Assembly (NCBI GenBank): GCA_951406725.2
Contig: OX597814.1
Span: 150,040,001-150,104,000, forward strand
Direction of reading: 5' to 3'
Source: Octopus vulgaris
Lineage: Eukaryota
Length of the DNA: 64,000 bases
The notes beneath the pieces were generated by a model. The model made no database searches, was not told where the DNA came from, and was given only the letters and a program-made list of their open reading frames with translations. Position numbers and translations under genes: made by a program. Of the stretch, positions 10,296 through 23,571 are shown in pieces. Positions within the stretch are counted from its first letter, which is position 1. The number at the start of each line of letters is the position of its first letter.

Positions 10296-13200
10296 TACTG
10301 ACAAGTGTATTTATATGTGTGTATATATATATATAAACAACTGTTTACAACGTTAGACCGTAAAAGAAAATTATAGCTGTCAGCTAAACTTGATTAAGGG
10401 TGTGAATAACACCTACATTGCTAGAAATAGGAGAGCCATCTTCCGCAATGCCTGCTCATTCGGTTGATTCCAGGCTAGCTCGCCTATATTCACTATAAAA
10501 ATCTCTGGACGATTTAGCAGATCACTAATGTGTATACAAAAAATTAATACAAACCGCTATTTGCAACGTAATACCGTAAAGGAAAATTATAATCGTCAAC
10601 TAAACTTGACTAAGGGTGTGAATAAAAGTCTACCTTGCTAGAAATAAGAGCTAAAATGCTCCAACGGTGTTGGACTGTCAACACTATTTATTCTCGTTCA
10701 AGAATATATGCTCTACGAAAGATATTGAATAATCCTCCAGTTCAGTGTAAAGTTGCCGTCTTTTAACTCGACGGAAAAACAAGCATTTATACATACACAT
10801 ACATTCATGCGCGCACACGCAAACACACATATAGTGTTTGAGGTTTCCTATCTGTTTAAAAGAAGCAACTTTTACATTCTCATTTATTAACGTGCTGTCA
10901 AACTATGAAAGTTATAAAGGCTTCAGGGATTTACTTGGTCGTTGACACGTTAGAAATGCAAACGGAGTCAATGAACTGAGATGCCGAGGAATTGGGTTAC
11001 AAATGTCGTTTAGAACTCTTTGACACTCAACAGTTCGTTATGCCGTTAAGAAACGAACGGAAATGACGGCAACTGCTTTTTTCGTGCTTTAAGTAACTAA
11101 AATGTATTTTTAAAGATATTAAAAAGAAGTTTCGATACGCGATTTCAAATATCACATCATTTTCCAGACAAGTACTCATCCCTCTTCTCTCTTCTCTCTC
11201 TCTCCCCCTTTCTATGCGTTTGTCTGCCTGTCTGTCTCTGTGTGTTGCTATTTCTTGTTGTTTGTATTCGTAATTGTGTACTATGTTCTCCGTTTTTTTT
11301 CTGTTTATTTGTCTTTATTGCCGTACATATTCGCTACCTTTCTTACAATGGAGTCTAATGCTTTTAGCTTAGACTTTGGGGAGGCAACCAGATCGAACCA
11401 TCTCAAGTGTAACTACCCAAAATGGTCGTGACTGTGCTAAGGAAGTCTCTTAGCACAGGACCACGCTTGTGAAGATTTTATCTTATGCTCCATCTTTCCA
11501 TCACCCATTCCATATGCAAATGTTTCTCAAGTCTTGGAGGATCCTCGGAAGGAAGTTGTTAAGTATTAGTTTCTAGGTGTGAAGAAATCTACCCCTGGGT
11601 ATGGTGCCAATCTATCCTATTAATGCCATGAATCATCTCTAATTGACTTAAACCCGCAAAACATGAGTTCAGCAGCAGCCCTTGGGACACAGAGGATGTG
11701 CTACAATCCCATCTACAATCAGTTCTCAATCACCAGCCCTTAAAAGCTCCTTGACACAGAGGACATTTCCATGTACGTTTCATAATTAAATGAATGTAAT
11801 ACGATTCACTTTTTTAATACCTTTGTCAGAGGAAGGATATACTTAACTAGATACCCGACCCAAATACTTGCTTGAAGTTGGAGGGGGGATCCCTCTGCTA
11901 AAGAAGTTAGGTCGTGGGTGGAAGAGGTGGTTTTAAACTGGGTGATGGAGTAAGTTTCCTCCAACTCAAATAGACGAAAGCGAAATTTGAACTCAGAATG
12001 GAAAGAGCTGGAAAAAATATTGCTCCACTCCACTGCTAACAACTGGCACTTTATTTTATTGAGCCTCTAGCTAACCATGGGGAGATCTGAAAACAGAACG
12101 CAGGAAATCATAGATACCCCAAGACATTTCAACCAATGCTGTAATGACTCTGCCAATTTGCCGCCCGTTGATCATTCTCCAACTATTTGTAGGTTTGTGC
12201 CTCTATGCAAATCCTCTCTCAAAAGATCATATCAAGTTAAAGAGTTACTTGTCCTGTTTAAACGAAATCATACTCCATGTATTATCAAAGAAACTCTACA
12301 TTTATAAAACTAGTGACTCACAGCACCCAACCTGCATTCGCATATAATTAAAATGTTTCTTGCTGTTGGCTCTGAGAAGTATGAACAAAGCTGCAGCTAA
12401 CTAACTGGAAGTTGATATTTTACTGGTCGTTTGTGACTAAATTTTCTATGATCCATTCTTTATTCTCAGATCGAGCTGGGTATGTTATGTTCTTGAGAAT
12501 TACACTTCATTTCACGTTGCTTGAGTTTACTCAGTAGAAATAAATGAGTACCAGCGATAGCTGGAAAGTTAAACCTACAACGGACTGGCGTCCGTTCAAC
12601 GGAGAGTGAGTTTTGTAATATCAGTTGCATAAGTGTCACAGAAATGGAAAAAGAAGATCGTGTCTGTTGGGCATGTAGGCTTCTGACAGACTTTAACTTG
12701 CAGAAAAAAGTTAGTAAATGATCCCAAATCCCGTGAGATGCTTGAGAATCGGTATTAAGCCTTGGTTTCTCGAAGAAATATTCCGCTGCGTATAGTTTCT
12801 CTCTGTTGTGGAAAACAAGTATGATTTCTAACTGTTTGGTGCCTTGATCCAATGTAGAATTTATGAATGTACTACCCAAATACATAGGCGTGGATTTGTA
12901 CCATTTCTCTTCTACCGATAGCCCAGTCTATTTAGTTGTAGATAGGTACAATTGTTAAACAGAGCCTATGCTACAAATACTTTGTTACGTTGCATTGCTT
13001 TGCTTTCATCATTCGAGATATAAAATCATTGCAGTATATGCTATGTTTAACTACTCTAATAAGTGCTGTTCAGGCATGGTCTTAACTGTGATGGTTGACA
13101 CAAAGAACTGATGATCTTACAATACAATCATTGTTGTTTAGCCCCACTCGTAGATCATTCCTGATGAATCAGACCGACATTTAGAGGTATTTCAGCTTTG

Positions 13201-13399
13201 ACTGTCTTGCATTTTGTCAATGAGACAGAACCCATGATCACAACACGTTATGCAACATGTCCTTTTACAAGAGTGTACAACAATATCTCGATTATCGCAA
13301 GTGTTACATTCCCCCCACCCCCGTGATAGGTGAAAATCCGCGAAATAGAAAAGTACTGTCTGAAGCTCAAGGTGTGATTGCTGAACCTGGCTTTGAAAT

Positions 13400-14450
13400 T
13401 CCCCTCTGTGAGACCCACATATTTCATTGACGAAACTATGTCCTAAGTGGTTGTAGAGTCTACGGTGGCTTCATAAATGTTGGTCTCGGACATGCAAGCT
13501 CCATTTAGCGGGCTCAAATTTTTATCCCTGCATGAACAGCTGATTTCATTTAGTTGTTTTTGCGTGTTGTGTGCAATTATATTTTTAAAATTAGTAATTG
13601 AGCTAAAACTAATTTTTTAGGTTATGTCTATTGAAGAGCTTTCGGTAATTATGATTGATTGGAATATGCCTATCTATAAGTGTTAAGAAATATTTACCTA
13701 TATTAAAGGTCACTTGGGGGGTGGGTAAGGGGATGTGAACCAAATAGTTTTCCTATTCCTATGTTTCCTTTTCTTTATTATTGGACTGGTAACAGGTGTA
13801 TAGGTTATTTCCTTGCTAAATCCATTATCTTTTAGAGTTTTATTTTATATTGGGGCAACACTATTAAAAATGTTCCTATTGGAGGAGAGGCTAGAAATTC
13901 TCTTGCTAATGTTTTTGACTAAATATTTAAACACTATAGGGTGATGGCAGGAACCTACATTAATGTAACTAAGTCTATCGTTGGGCTTCCTATAAGGTTT
14001 GTAAATGTTCTTATTTAAATCTAAGGATACATGTAGGGAATTGACAACCGTCAGGTTGGTAGCTGTAGTTATGCTAAGACCGAAAGTTTTCATCATTTGG
14101 ATGTCCTTCATAAACCGATCTTGCGCTGGTCCATTGGTATTTGTGGTTAAAGCTAGGGCGTCATCTTTGTAAATGACGAAAGATACACCAGGAAAAGTCT
14201 TGTCCAATGTATCAAGTAGGAATAGTCCAATGAGATCGCACATGGCTGCTCCATCATATGACCCCATGCTCACATCAAAAGCACCCTCTTTATCGATAGT
14301 CTTGACCCACTCTGCTTTCTCACTGAAGAGTAAAGTCCTTCTAGCATGGAAGATTATGTCCTTATCTTGTGTACTAATTTCTATAAATTCGCTTGCGAAG
14401 GTTAGAGCTTTATCTAGCAGCCCCTTATAGATAGAGGCATAGAAATATAA
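13400..14450 (-). mobile_element. Penelope-like retroelement RT plus start of GIY-YIG region, decayed
   Basis: ORF 13845..14273: MGSYDGA..CDLIGLFLL...YKDDAL...YRKPND..SYIN.GSCH. CSCR..N.SPLNGAC follows at ~13500-13540. Confidence 0.88.
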
Positions 14451-14454
14451 GGCC

Positions 14455-14805
14455 TGGAAGACTTCGAAGCGGGCCTACTGAAGCTCATAAACAAAATAAA
14501 ATTTTGTTAGTCTTTTAACACTTTCCAACAGAAACTGAAAAAAAGATATCAAATACATAAAGATTTAAAAAAACAAACAAAAAAAAACAGCACTTTTCTT
14601 CTGATAAAACCAAGAACTTATACCTTGTAGACAACAGCACATTCTTACAACTCCTACATAACAACATTATTAATAATTACGCTAGGCCACAAATTTATAA
14701 CAAAGTTAATAAAGAAGCTAGCATCATCACCGCTAGGCTTAAATTAGATTTAAAAAATAGAGGACCTTCCCCCCCCCAAAAAAAAGAGGCCTTTATAACT
14801 ATTAG
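14455..14805 (+). mobile_element. Penelope N-terminal fragment, inverted relative to the adjacent RT part
   Basis: + strand reads FQQKLK and SDKTKNLY (tctgataaaaccaagaacttatac), a motif upstream of PLE RT domains. Confidence 0.6.
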
Positions 14806-15067
14806 ACACCAATTAGTAAAAGGTGATTGTTACATAGCAAAGCTAAATGTGTTACACTAATTCATCATCGTGGAGTGTCATTTTGATTTCTATTTAGAAC
14901 TAGGTTGTTGCTAGAATAGACTTGATACAATGCCAAATTCAGATCCGGGCTAACAGAAAGCACTTTGAAACACAGAACTAAATACTGTACTGATACATAA
15001 CAGCCCATTTTGAAACATATGTGCGTAACTTATACCGTTATTTGTGGGCGTGTATCTGCGTAATAAT

Positions 15068-15100
<33 letters not shown>

Positions 15101-15170
15101 AATAATAATAATAATAATAACATCAAAAAATACCTTAGGAATGAGAACCCAGGTTCGAAATTTCCCCCAA

Positions 15171-15216
15171 GACACCTGATGAAGGCTGGAGGGTATATCA
15201 ACCGAAACGTTGTGTT
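15171..15216 (+). ncRNA. Minimal type-I hammerhead ribozyme (PLE type)
   Basis: GACAC-CTGATGA-a-ggctg(gagggtatat)caacc-GAAAC-GTT-GTGTT: intact core, stem I GACAC/GTGTT, palindromic AACGTT stem III, one mismatch in stem II. Confidence 0.75.
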
Positions 15217-15299
15217 AACAACAAACAAGATGAGGACAAATATCCGTCAATTGTAAATCATGTAAATAATGTAATTATTTTCATTTTCATATATATATA

Positions 15300-15531
15300 T
15301 ATTTCTTTACTGACCTCTAGGGGCTAAATGCAGAGGGGACAAGCAAGGACAGACAAAGGGATTAAGTCGATTACATCGACCCCAGTGCGAAACTGGTACT
15401 TTATTTATCGATCCCGAAAGGATGAAAGGCAAAGTCGACCTCGGCGGAATTTGAACTCAGGACGTAACGACAGACGAAATACCGCTAAGCATTTCGCCCG
15501 GCCTGCTAACGTTTCTGCCAGCTCACCGCCT
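15300..15531 (-). mobile_element. tRNA-derived SINE family A
   Basis: Reverse complement of the element at 61961-62176. Confidence 0.88.
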
Positions 15532-16599
15532 TCAATTTTCATATATATATATAATCATTAAGCAGGTACCCATACTTCCTGCGTTAATTCAGTTCGAGTG
15601 CATTAAGGCAACCCACGCTTAACGTTACTATGCTGATATGAAAGAAGGAAAACAGGAGTGTCATCTATCTCAGTGGCTTTTCGGTAGGCAATCGGGTGTA
15701 TCAAAATCCCTTCCCTTTACAGGATTTTTTCTCTGGGATCTCTAACGTCATGTGGGTAGCTCTCTCTTTCTCATCTTTCTGTTTCAACTGGGGTACCCAT
15801 GTATCCCCTCAGTTCCTGTAGCATTCAAACCGGCCATATCTGGCCAAACTATTCTAGTTGTTTTATGTTGAAACTAGCCAGATCTGGCCTCTCACACCTA
15901 CTCTACCAGAATTACTGGTTTACAACCTTTACAATGGCAAGGATGACAGGGGATTGATGGGGTAGCATGGACAGAACATTTATTAGAATTGATTCCGTTT
16001 AAAGGCACCAATTTTTCTAATCCCCACAACTCATCATCCTAACAATCCCTCCCTCCATCCATGCTCACCACTCACCATATTTACTCTCCTTTCACACTCT
16101 TGCAAAGTTACCTGCCCATTCACCCTATCCAACCCCTAGTACCACTTTGCTTATAATTCACCACCCTGTAACTTCAGGGTCTATCCTGACACCTCTTCAC
16201 AACAATCTTCTCTCTTCCTCTCCCACTATCTCCCCATCTCTCTCTCTCATTCTTTTACACACACTCTCTCTCTCATTATCTTGTACCTGTCGATTGACAA
16301 CTTTACCAATTTGAAGTTCTCAGAGATTTCCATTGTACGTTTATTGAAGATTTTCGTTGTACTTCTATTATTACACTCTGATTCTTTGTCTCCATTTAGT
16401 GCTATGTAAGATGGAGATTTTATTTTTATTTTTACTTCTTTCTAGCTCAGAATTAGATGTGTGTGCAATTTGCTGTTGTGGCTGGAGTTGTATATTTTGT
16501 GTTTGTCTACTGGGTTTTTTTCTCTTGTCTGTTCATTGTTTTTACGTGTAAATTTTCTTTTTGAAAGTGGTAGTGATAGTGTATTTGTTGTGCATTTAG

Positions 16600-18250
16600 T
16601 AGTACTTGGGATTAATATGGAACTGATTTTGTGTTTTCATTTTTGTTTCTTGTTCTGTTTTTTTCTTTTCTTGTCCCCCTTCGATATAAGAGGTTGTATG
16701 GTCGGAAATTTCCGCCTCGGAGTGGGGGAGAGGTAGAGGCAGGGGCATATTTTTCTTATTTGTTCTATATCTGTGTCTGTGCATGAGCAGGAGGAAGAAC
16801 AGATGGTTTAGAAAGACTGCTGAATTGGAATATCCCGTGGGTGACGATTATTTTGTGGTTATCATTATTTTCCACCACCTCAGGTTATCATTATTTTCCA
16901 CCTTGTCAGTTCCTGACGAATTGGATATTAATGTTGTTGGTGATGTTACTGTTGATGTTTCCACAGTTGCTGCTGTAGTTATAGATGTTGCTGCTGTTGC
17001 TGTTGTTGATAGTACAGATGTCGTTTATATCGTAGCTCACTTTCTTTACTCTTGCTAGTGTTACTACTTCTTCTATCTGTGCATGTTGTTGTTTTTGCAG
17101 TGATCCTGTCAGCAGCCGTTGATCACTTTTTTTCCTTTCCTGTTTTGATTGTGTTGACACAAAGCTCTGAGATGTTCTATCGTTCCACAGATGTGATACC
17201 TCGGCCTTCTTCTTTCCACGATTAATGTTGACAGGAACTCTGAGATACTTTCTCGATGTTGAGGTTTTACATGGAAAAAGACTTCTGTTGCCTCGTTCTC
17301 TTCACATGCTGCAGAGTATCTCTCTCCTCAAACACTACACTTGCCAGGATCCACCAGCGATCTAGCTCTAGCAGAAAAAGTGAGTTAAGGCATCACTGCA
17401 ACGAGAAACTACGAAGCGTTGTACTGCGAGAGCTCCATTGTCAAATAAAACCTCCTCTCACCAACTCTCTTGCCGTAGATGTATATGCTGTATGTCCTAC
17501 ATCCTGTCATACACTACGGAGGATTTGTTCTACTTGTGCGTTCGTGGCCGCCTCTTTCAGACAAGGTTTGAACGAATAACAGTAATGTATTATTACTGTT
17601 GTAGAAGTTGCAGTTAGAGTTTCAGGTGGGGTGCAAAAACTGCTTTTTTGCTCCGAGTTCCTCAATTTTCCTAAATTGACCAACGTCTTAGTTTGGAACA
17701 CCTGTCTTCTAAGAAGAGCTTGTATAAACCATTTGTTGATGCTACTCCAGGAAGGGAAACTTTGTGATCGTCGTTGTTGTTGTTGTTGATAGTGGTGGTG
17801 GTGGTATTGTTTTGTGTTCCGCCAGTATTATTGCTTTCGTGCCTACTATCATTGTCGTTATTCTTGTTCCTGTTGCTGCAGCTACTGTTGTTGTTACTGT
17901 CATTGATGTTGCTGTTACTTTTGTTACTGTTGCTGCAGTTGTTGACTGTTAATGCTGTAGCTGTTGTTGTTTTTGTTTTACTGCTACTATCGTTTGCTGG
18001 TGTGGCAGTAATGCAATTGTTTGAACTTTGAACGCTAAAATTACCTCTTCCACTTCCATGAGTAGAGTGTTACCTTTGTTGTCACTGCTGCGGCTGCTGC
18101 TATTGCTGTTGCTTCTGTTAATGCAATTGTAGCATTTTGTTGTTACTGCTACTACCGTTTACCACTATACAATTATTTGAACTTTCAACTTTCAACTTTT
18201 GAAAATCATCCTTCTCCACTTAAATGAGTAGATTAAGCAGGAGGAATCTT
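16600..18250 (-). pseudogene. Decayed retroelement ORF1/gag-like region with degenerate CCHC zinc knuckle
   Basis: Minus strand ~17240-17150 reads LIVERRRPRYHICGTIEHLRALC (Y-x2-C-x4-H-x4-C), surrounded by T/N/Q/A-rich low-complexity coding-like sequence with stops and frameshifts. Boundaries are approximate. Confidence 0.55.
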
Positions 18251-18541
18251 GACTCATGCTGCTTCTATCTTTGAAAGTCACTTCCTACCTTTCCCTTCAG
18301 TTTTCTGGCTGTGAAAACTGACACTATGCTTGTAAAGAATATGTTTACCAAAATCTAATTAAAAAGCTTTTGCAACAAATTTGAGCCCTTCAAGGGTTGA
18401 AAATAAAAAAAAAATGTCTTTAGGGTTTGGGTTAGCTTAACAAGAGAAAATTTAAGCACTTTGCAAATCTATTAAAAAATTAACAAAATGAGATAAAAAT
18501 CCATGACTGTGAAAGATTTTGGAACATCTATAAAGAGAAGG

Positions 18542-18587
18542 TCTTACAGTTGTTTCCAGGATATTTTATATATCACTTCATCAGAGA
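18542..18587 (-). ncRNA. Degenerate hammerhead motif at the end of a purine-skewed, probably PLE-related repeat (~18540-19240)
   Basis: Minus strand: tct-CTGATGA-agtgatatataaaatatcctg-GAAAC-aact-GTA-aga. Stem II is damaged. Confidence 0.5.
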
Positions 18588-19484
18588 TGGTGTGAGAAAA
18601 TGGTTAAGCAAAAGTTATTCTAGAGAAGATATGAAATAGAGAGTTAAGGGGAGGAATGAAAACAGACGTGAGCTATGCAGGGATATTGTATCAGCAGATC
18701 TATTATTTAAGCTGAAGGGTATACATATAAGTTCCCTGTACATTGTGTGTAAGTTCCAATAGTATTTAAAATTGGTCATTCCAAGCATAGAGTTTGTAAA
18801 CGGTATTATTGAATGAAAGGTTTTTTTTGAAGTGACTTAAAAGTAGGGAATGTGTTTGTAAGGTCAAATCAAAAACAGGAAGCAAGGGAAAAAAAGAAAG
18901 AAAGAAAAGAAAAGCAGGTAGAGAGATAATAAAGAAATGAAGGAAAGGGAAAGTGTACTGGTTAGTGGCCAGTCAGGATAAATTGATAGAAGGAATGGGG
19001 GGGCCGAAGGTGATAGAGAGATTAAGATATGAGAGTGTAAAGAGATGAGAGAGTAATGAGTAAAGGAGTGTCAGGTATGTAGTGATATAGCCTAAGTGAA
19101 AGGCAGAGAGGGGTAGTGAAATGGTGGAATGAAGAATTTGGAAATACAGGTTAGGTTGCTTAGAGGACAGGTCAGTACTTAGTAGTAGAAGAATAAGCAA
19201 GTAGACAAACTCATGAGAAATCCAATGTGCATCTTGCCAATGCAACCATAATAATAATAATAATAATAATCCCTTCTACAAAAGGTACAAGGCCTGAAAT
19301 TTGCTGGGAAGAGACTAATCCATTACATTGACCCCCTGTGCTTCCCTGGTACTTAATTTATCAACCCCAAAAGGATGAAAAACAAAGTCAACTTCGGTGG
19401 AATTTGAACTTAGAATGTAGTGACAGGCAAACTACTGCTAACCATTTCGTCCACCATCCTAATCATTCTGCCAGCTTGCCACCT

Positions 19485-19563
<79 letters not shown>

Positions 19564-19569
19564 AATAAT

Positions 19570-20122
19570 TAATAAATAAATAAATGCCCTGATGCAGTAC
19601 CAGACAATGGCTCTCATGGCTTCTGATCTTAACTGATTGGAAGTGTTATCATGTACATTGTTTTGTCTTGGTATAAAAGATGGGCTACAGCAAATATTCT
19701 GCTCAATACCACAGATTTGCTTGTCAGTTGTTTGACCTTAACCATTTGAGCATGTCCCTTAGTGGCTGACGATATGTGCATTGTAGTGGGGGAGCATCTT
19801 GGCCATGTGTTGAAAGGAATCCTTGGAGGTTTGGATAATTCACCTTTGGAAACATGGGTGGTTCATTCAACATCCTTAAACAATCCTTATTCAGGGACCT
19901 TTTGAGCTGGATGGGCTACTTGACCAGAAGAAAATTCTAACTGGGCCCCACCTGCAAGGTCATGTGCTGTTTATCTTGATATGAGATCACCATGTTGCGC
20001 ACATATGGTTGTGATGCATGTGCCTGGTGTACCCTTATCAGATGGGTAGTCATGATGGATATACTGGGCTTCAAATATTTTACCCCAGTGTCATTTAGAT
20101 GACATTCACTGCTCTCTCACTC

Positions 20123-20125
<3 letters not shown>
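19570..20125. mobile_element. Interspersed element embedded in (AAT)/(GAT)n tracts; possibly a microsatellite-targeting non-LTR derivative
   Basis: ~550 bp of higher-GC sequence with (AAT)n on both sides. The family assignment is inference only. Confidence 0.4.
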
Positions 20126-20160
<35 letters not shown>

Positions 20161-20752
20161 GATAGCATTTGGGAACATATATCTAATTTCAAAAGAGACA
20201 TGTTTGGGCAGAACTGACTAATCATATTTCAAAAGATATCTATACATACACTGCATAAATAATTGATTGAAAAAGCATTTTAATTTGTCTTTTTATCATA
20301 AATACTTCATCGCTTTTGTCAAAAGGATGAAAGTTGATCTTAGCTGACTTTGAATTAAAAGTGTATTGAGGCAGAATAATTACTGCAAAATAATCTGTCA
20401 GATGCTCAAACAACTCTGCCTACTGGTTGCTTCATATCTATCTATTTGTCTGTTTGTCTGTCCATCTAGCTATCAGTCTGTGTTTGTCTAACTAGTTAGC
20501 TAGCTAACTAACTAGCAAGCTATCTACCTATGGATTGACATGTGAATATATGCATGCATGTACATGTACAAAATGAAAATGAGGGAATGTGGAAATGCAA
20601 AAACAAAACAGGAATAAGCCAGAATACATGCTGGTGGCATGTATTTGAAAAACAAAAGCAGGGAAGGGTGTATTAGATAAGATACAAGACAAATTTTTGT
20701 TTTGTTGAAGTTATCTCTGCTTTTAAATAGCATAAACCAATCAAGTGGTAGC

Positions 20753-20809
<57 letters not shown>

Positions 20810-21084
20810 GTCATCATCATCATTATCGTCATCATTATCATAAATAATGTCTGTTTTCCATGCAGGCATGTATTGGATGGCTTGACAGGAGCCAGCAAAA
20901 ACAGGGGATGCTTGAGATTCCATAGTTTGTTGCTTTTGTTACTGCTGCAGCTGTTGTTGTAATTGAGGAGAGATGGTTTCAAGAACCAAGAATTCTGCAA
21001 ACTTAACATGCCACTAAAGAGGAGATAGAAATAATACATTTCTAAATCTCTCAAAGAGATTTATGCAGTAGCAGCACAATAAAG

Positions 21085-23539
21085 TGATAGTATGTTGTCA
21101 ACTTAATGTGACAGTCCCATGAAAAGGAAGAATGCTACTGTTATTTAGCCCTAGAAAACACCATTTCCTGTTGGGCTTGACACATTTCCTGTGTCCTTGC
21201 TGTGTCAAGCAGGAAACAATGTTTCCTAGGGCTAAATAACAGTAGCATTCTTCCCTTTCATGGGACTGTCACATTAAGTTGAGAACATACTATCATTTTA
21301 AAGAAAAGATAGTCTGATTGTTTGAAGACATGATGACAGCTGTGGACATGAGTTTCTGTCTCAATAGGTATCATCAGTATATTGCTCTACATCAGTGTTT
21401 CTCAACCTTTTACCCTTGTGTAACCCTTAAAATAAATTACATGTCTCAAGGAATCCCTGCACAAAAAAATTATATACCATATCTTTCTCATATCTTTTTC
21501 ATTATAGTTCACATGGTAAATGTCATATATATATATATATATGTATATATGGTTGTTATATTTTTTGATAACATAATAGGTTAGATAGGATGATGTCTAT
21601 ATTACGATATTACAATAACCAATATGTTGCACATGTATTACTATACATGTGCAACATATTGGTTATTGTAATATCGTAATATAGACATCATCCTATCTAA
21701 CCTATTATGTTATCAAAAAATATAACAACCATATATACATATATATATATATATATATATGACATTTACCATGTGAACTATAATGAAAAAGATATGAGAA
21801 AGATATGGTATATAATTTTTTTGTGCAGGGATTCCTTGAGACATGTAATTTATTTTAAGGGTTACACAAGGGTAAAAGGTTGAGAAACACTGATGTAGAG
21901 CAATATGCTGATGATACCTATTGAGACAGAAACTCATGTCCACAGCTGTCATCATGTCTTCAAACAATCAGACTATCTTTTCTTTAAAATGACAGTATGT
22001 TGTCAACTTAATGTGACAGTCCCATGAAAGGGAAGAATGCTACTGTTATTTAGCCCTAGAAAACACCATTTCCTGTTGGGCTTGACACATTTCCTGTGTC
22101 CTTGCTGTGTCAAGCAGGAAACAATGTTTCCTAGGGCTAAATAACAGTAGCATTCTTCCCTTTCATGGGACTGTCACATTAAGTTGAGAACATACTATCA
22201 TTTTAAAGAAAAGATAGTCTGATTGTTTGAAGACATGATGACAGCTGTGGACATGAGTTTCTGTCTCAATAGGTATCATCAGTATATTGCTCTACATCAG
22301 TGTTTCTCAACCTTTTACCCTTGTGTAACCCTTAAAATAAATTACATGTCTCAAGGAATCCCTGCACAAAAAAATTATATACCATATCTTTCTCATATCT
22401 TTTTCATTATAGTTCACATGGTAAATGTCATATATATATATATGTATATATGGTTGTTATATTTTTTGATAACATAATAGGTTAGATAGGATGATGTCTA
22501 TATTACGATATTACAATAACCAATATGTTGCACATGTATAGTAATACATGTGCAACATATTGGTTATTGTAATATCGTAATATAGACATCATCCCATCTA
22601 ACCTATTATGTTATCAAAAAATATAACAACCATATATACATATATATATATATATATATATGACATTTACCATGTGAACTATAATGAAAAAGATATGAGA
22701 AAGATATGGTATATAATTTTTTTGTGCAGGATTCCTTGAGACATGTAATTTATTTTAAGGGTTACACAAGGGTAAAAGGTTGAGAAACACTGATGTAGAG
22801 CAATATACTGATGATACCTATTGAGACAGAAACTCATGTCCACAGCTGTCATCATGTCTTCAAACAATCAGACTATCTTTTCTTTAAAATGACAGTATGT
22901 TGTCAACTTAATGTGACAGTCCCATGAAAGGGAAGAATGCTACTGTTATTTAGCCCTAGAAAACACCATTTCCTGTTGGGCTTGACACATTTCCTGTGTC
23001 CTTGCTGTGTCAAGCAGGAAACAATGTTTCCTAGGGCTAAATAACAGTAGCATTCTTCCCTTTCATGGGACTGTCACATTAAGTTGAGAACATACTATCA
23101 TTTTAAAGAAAAGATAGTCTGATTGTTTGAAGACATGATGACAGCTGTGGACATGAGTTTCTGTCTCAATAGGTATCATCAGTATATTGCTCTACATCAG
23201 TGTTTCTCAACCTTTTACCCTTGTGTAACCCTTAAAATAAATTACATGTCTCAAGGAATCCCTGCACAAAAAAATTATATACCATATCTTTCTCATATCT
23301 TTTTCATTATAGTTCACATGGTAAATGTCATATATATATATATATATATATGTATATATGGTTGTTATATTTTTTGATAACATAATAGGTTAGATAGGAT
23401 GATGTCTATATTACGATATTACAATAACCAATATGTTGCACATGTATAGTAATACATGTGCAACATATTGGTTATTGTAATATCGTAATATAGACATCAT
23501 CCCATCTAACCTATTATGTTATCAAAAAATATAACAACC

Positions 23540-23571
<32 letters not shown>

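Noticed and set aside
14825-14915. RFX X-box-like motif (gttacatagcaa) as a MINDY4 promoter
   Set aside because: Imperfect match with no adjacent first exon identified; such a motif is expected by chance.
17310-17385. agcagaaaaa|gtgagt as the end of MINDY4 exon 1
   Set aside because: Wrong phase for SRK|, no SLVRE-like motif or suitable ATG, and it lies antisense within the ORF1 fossil.
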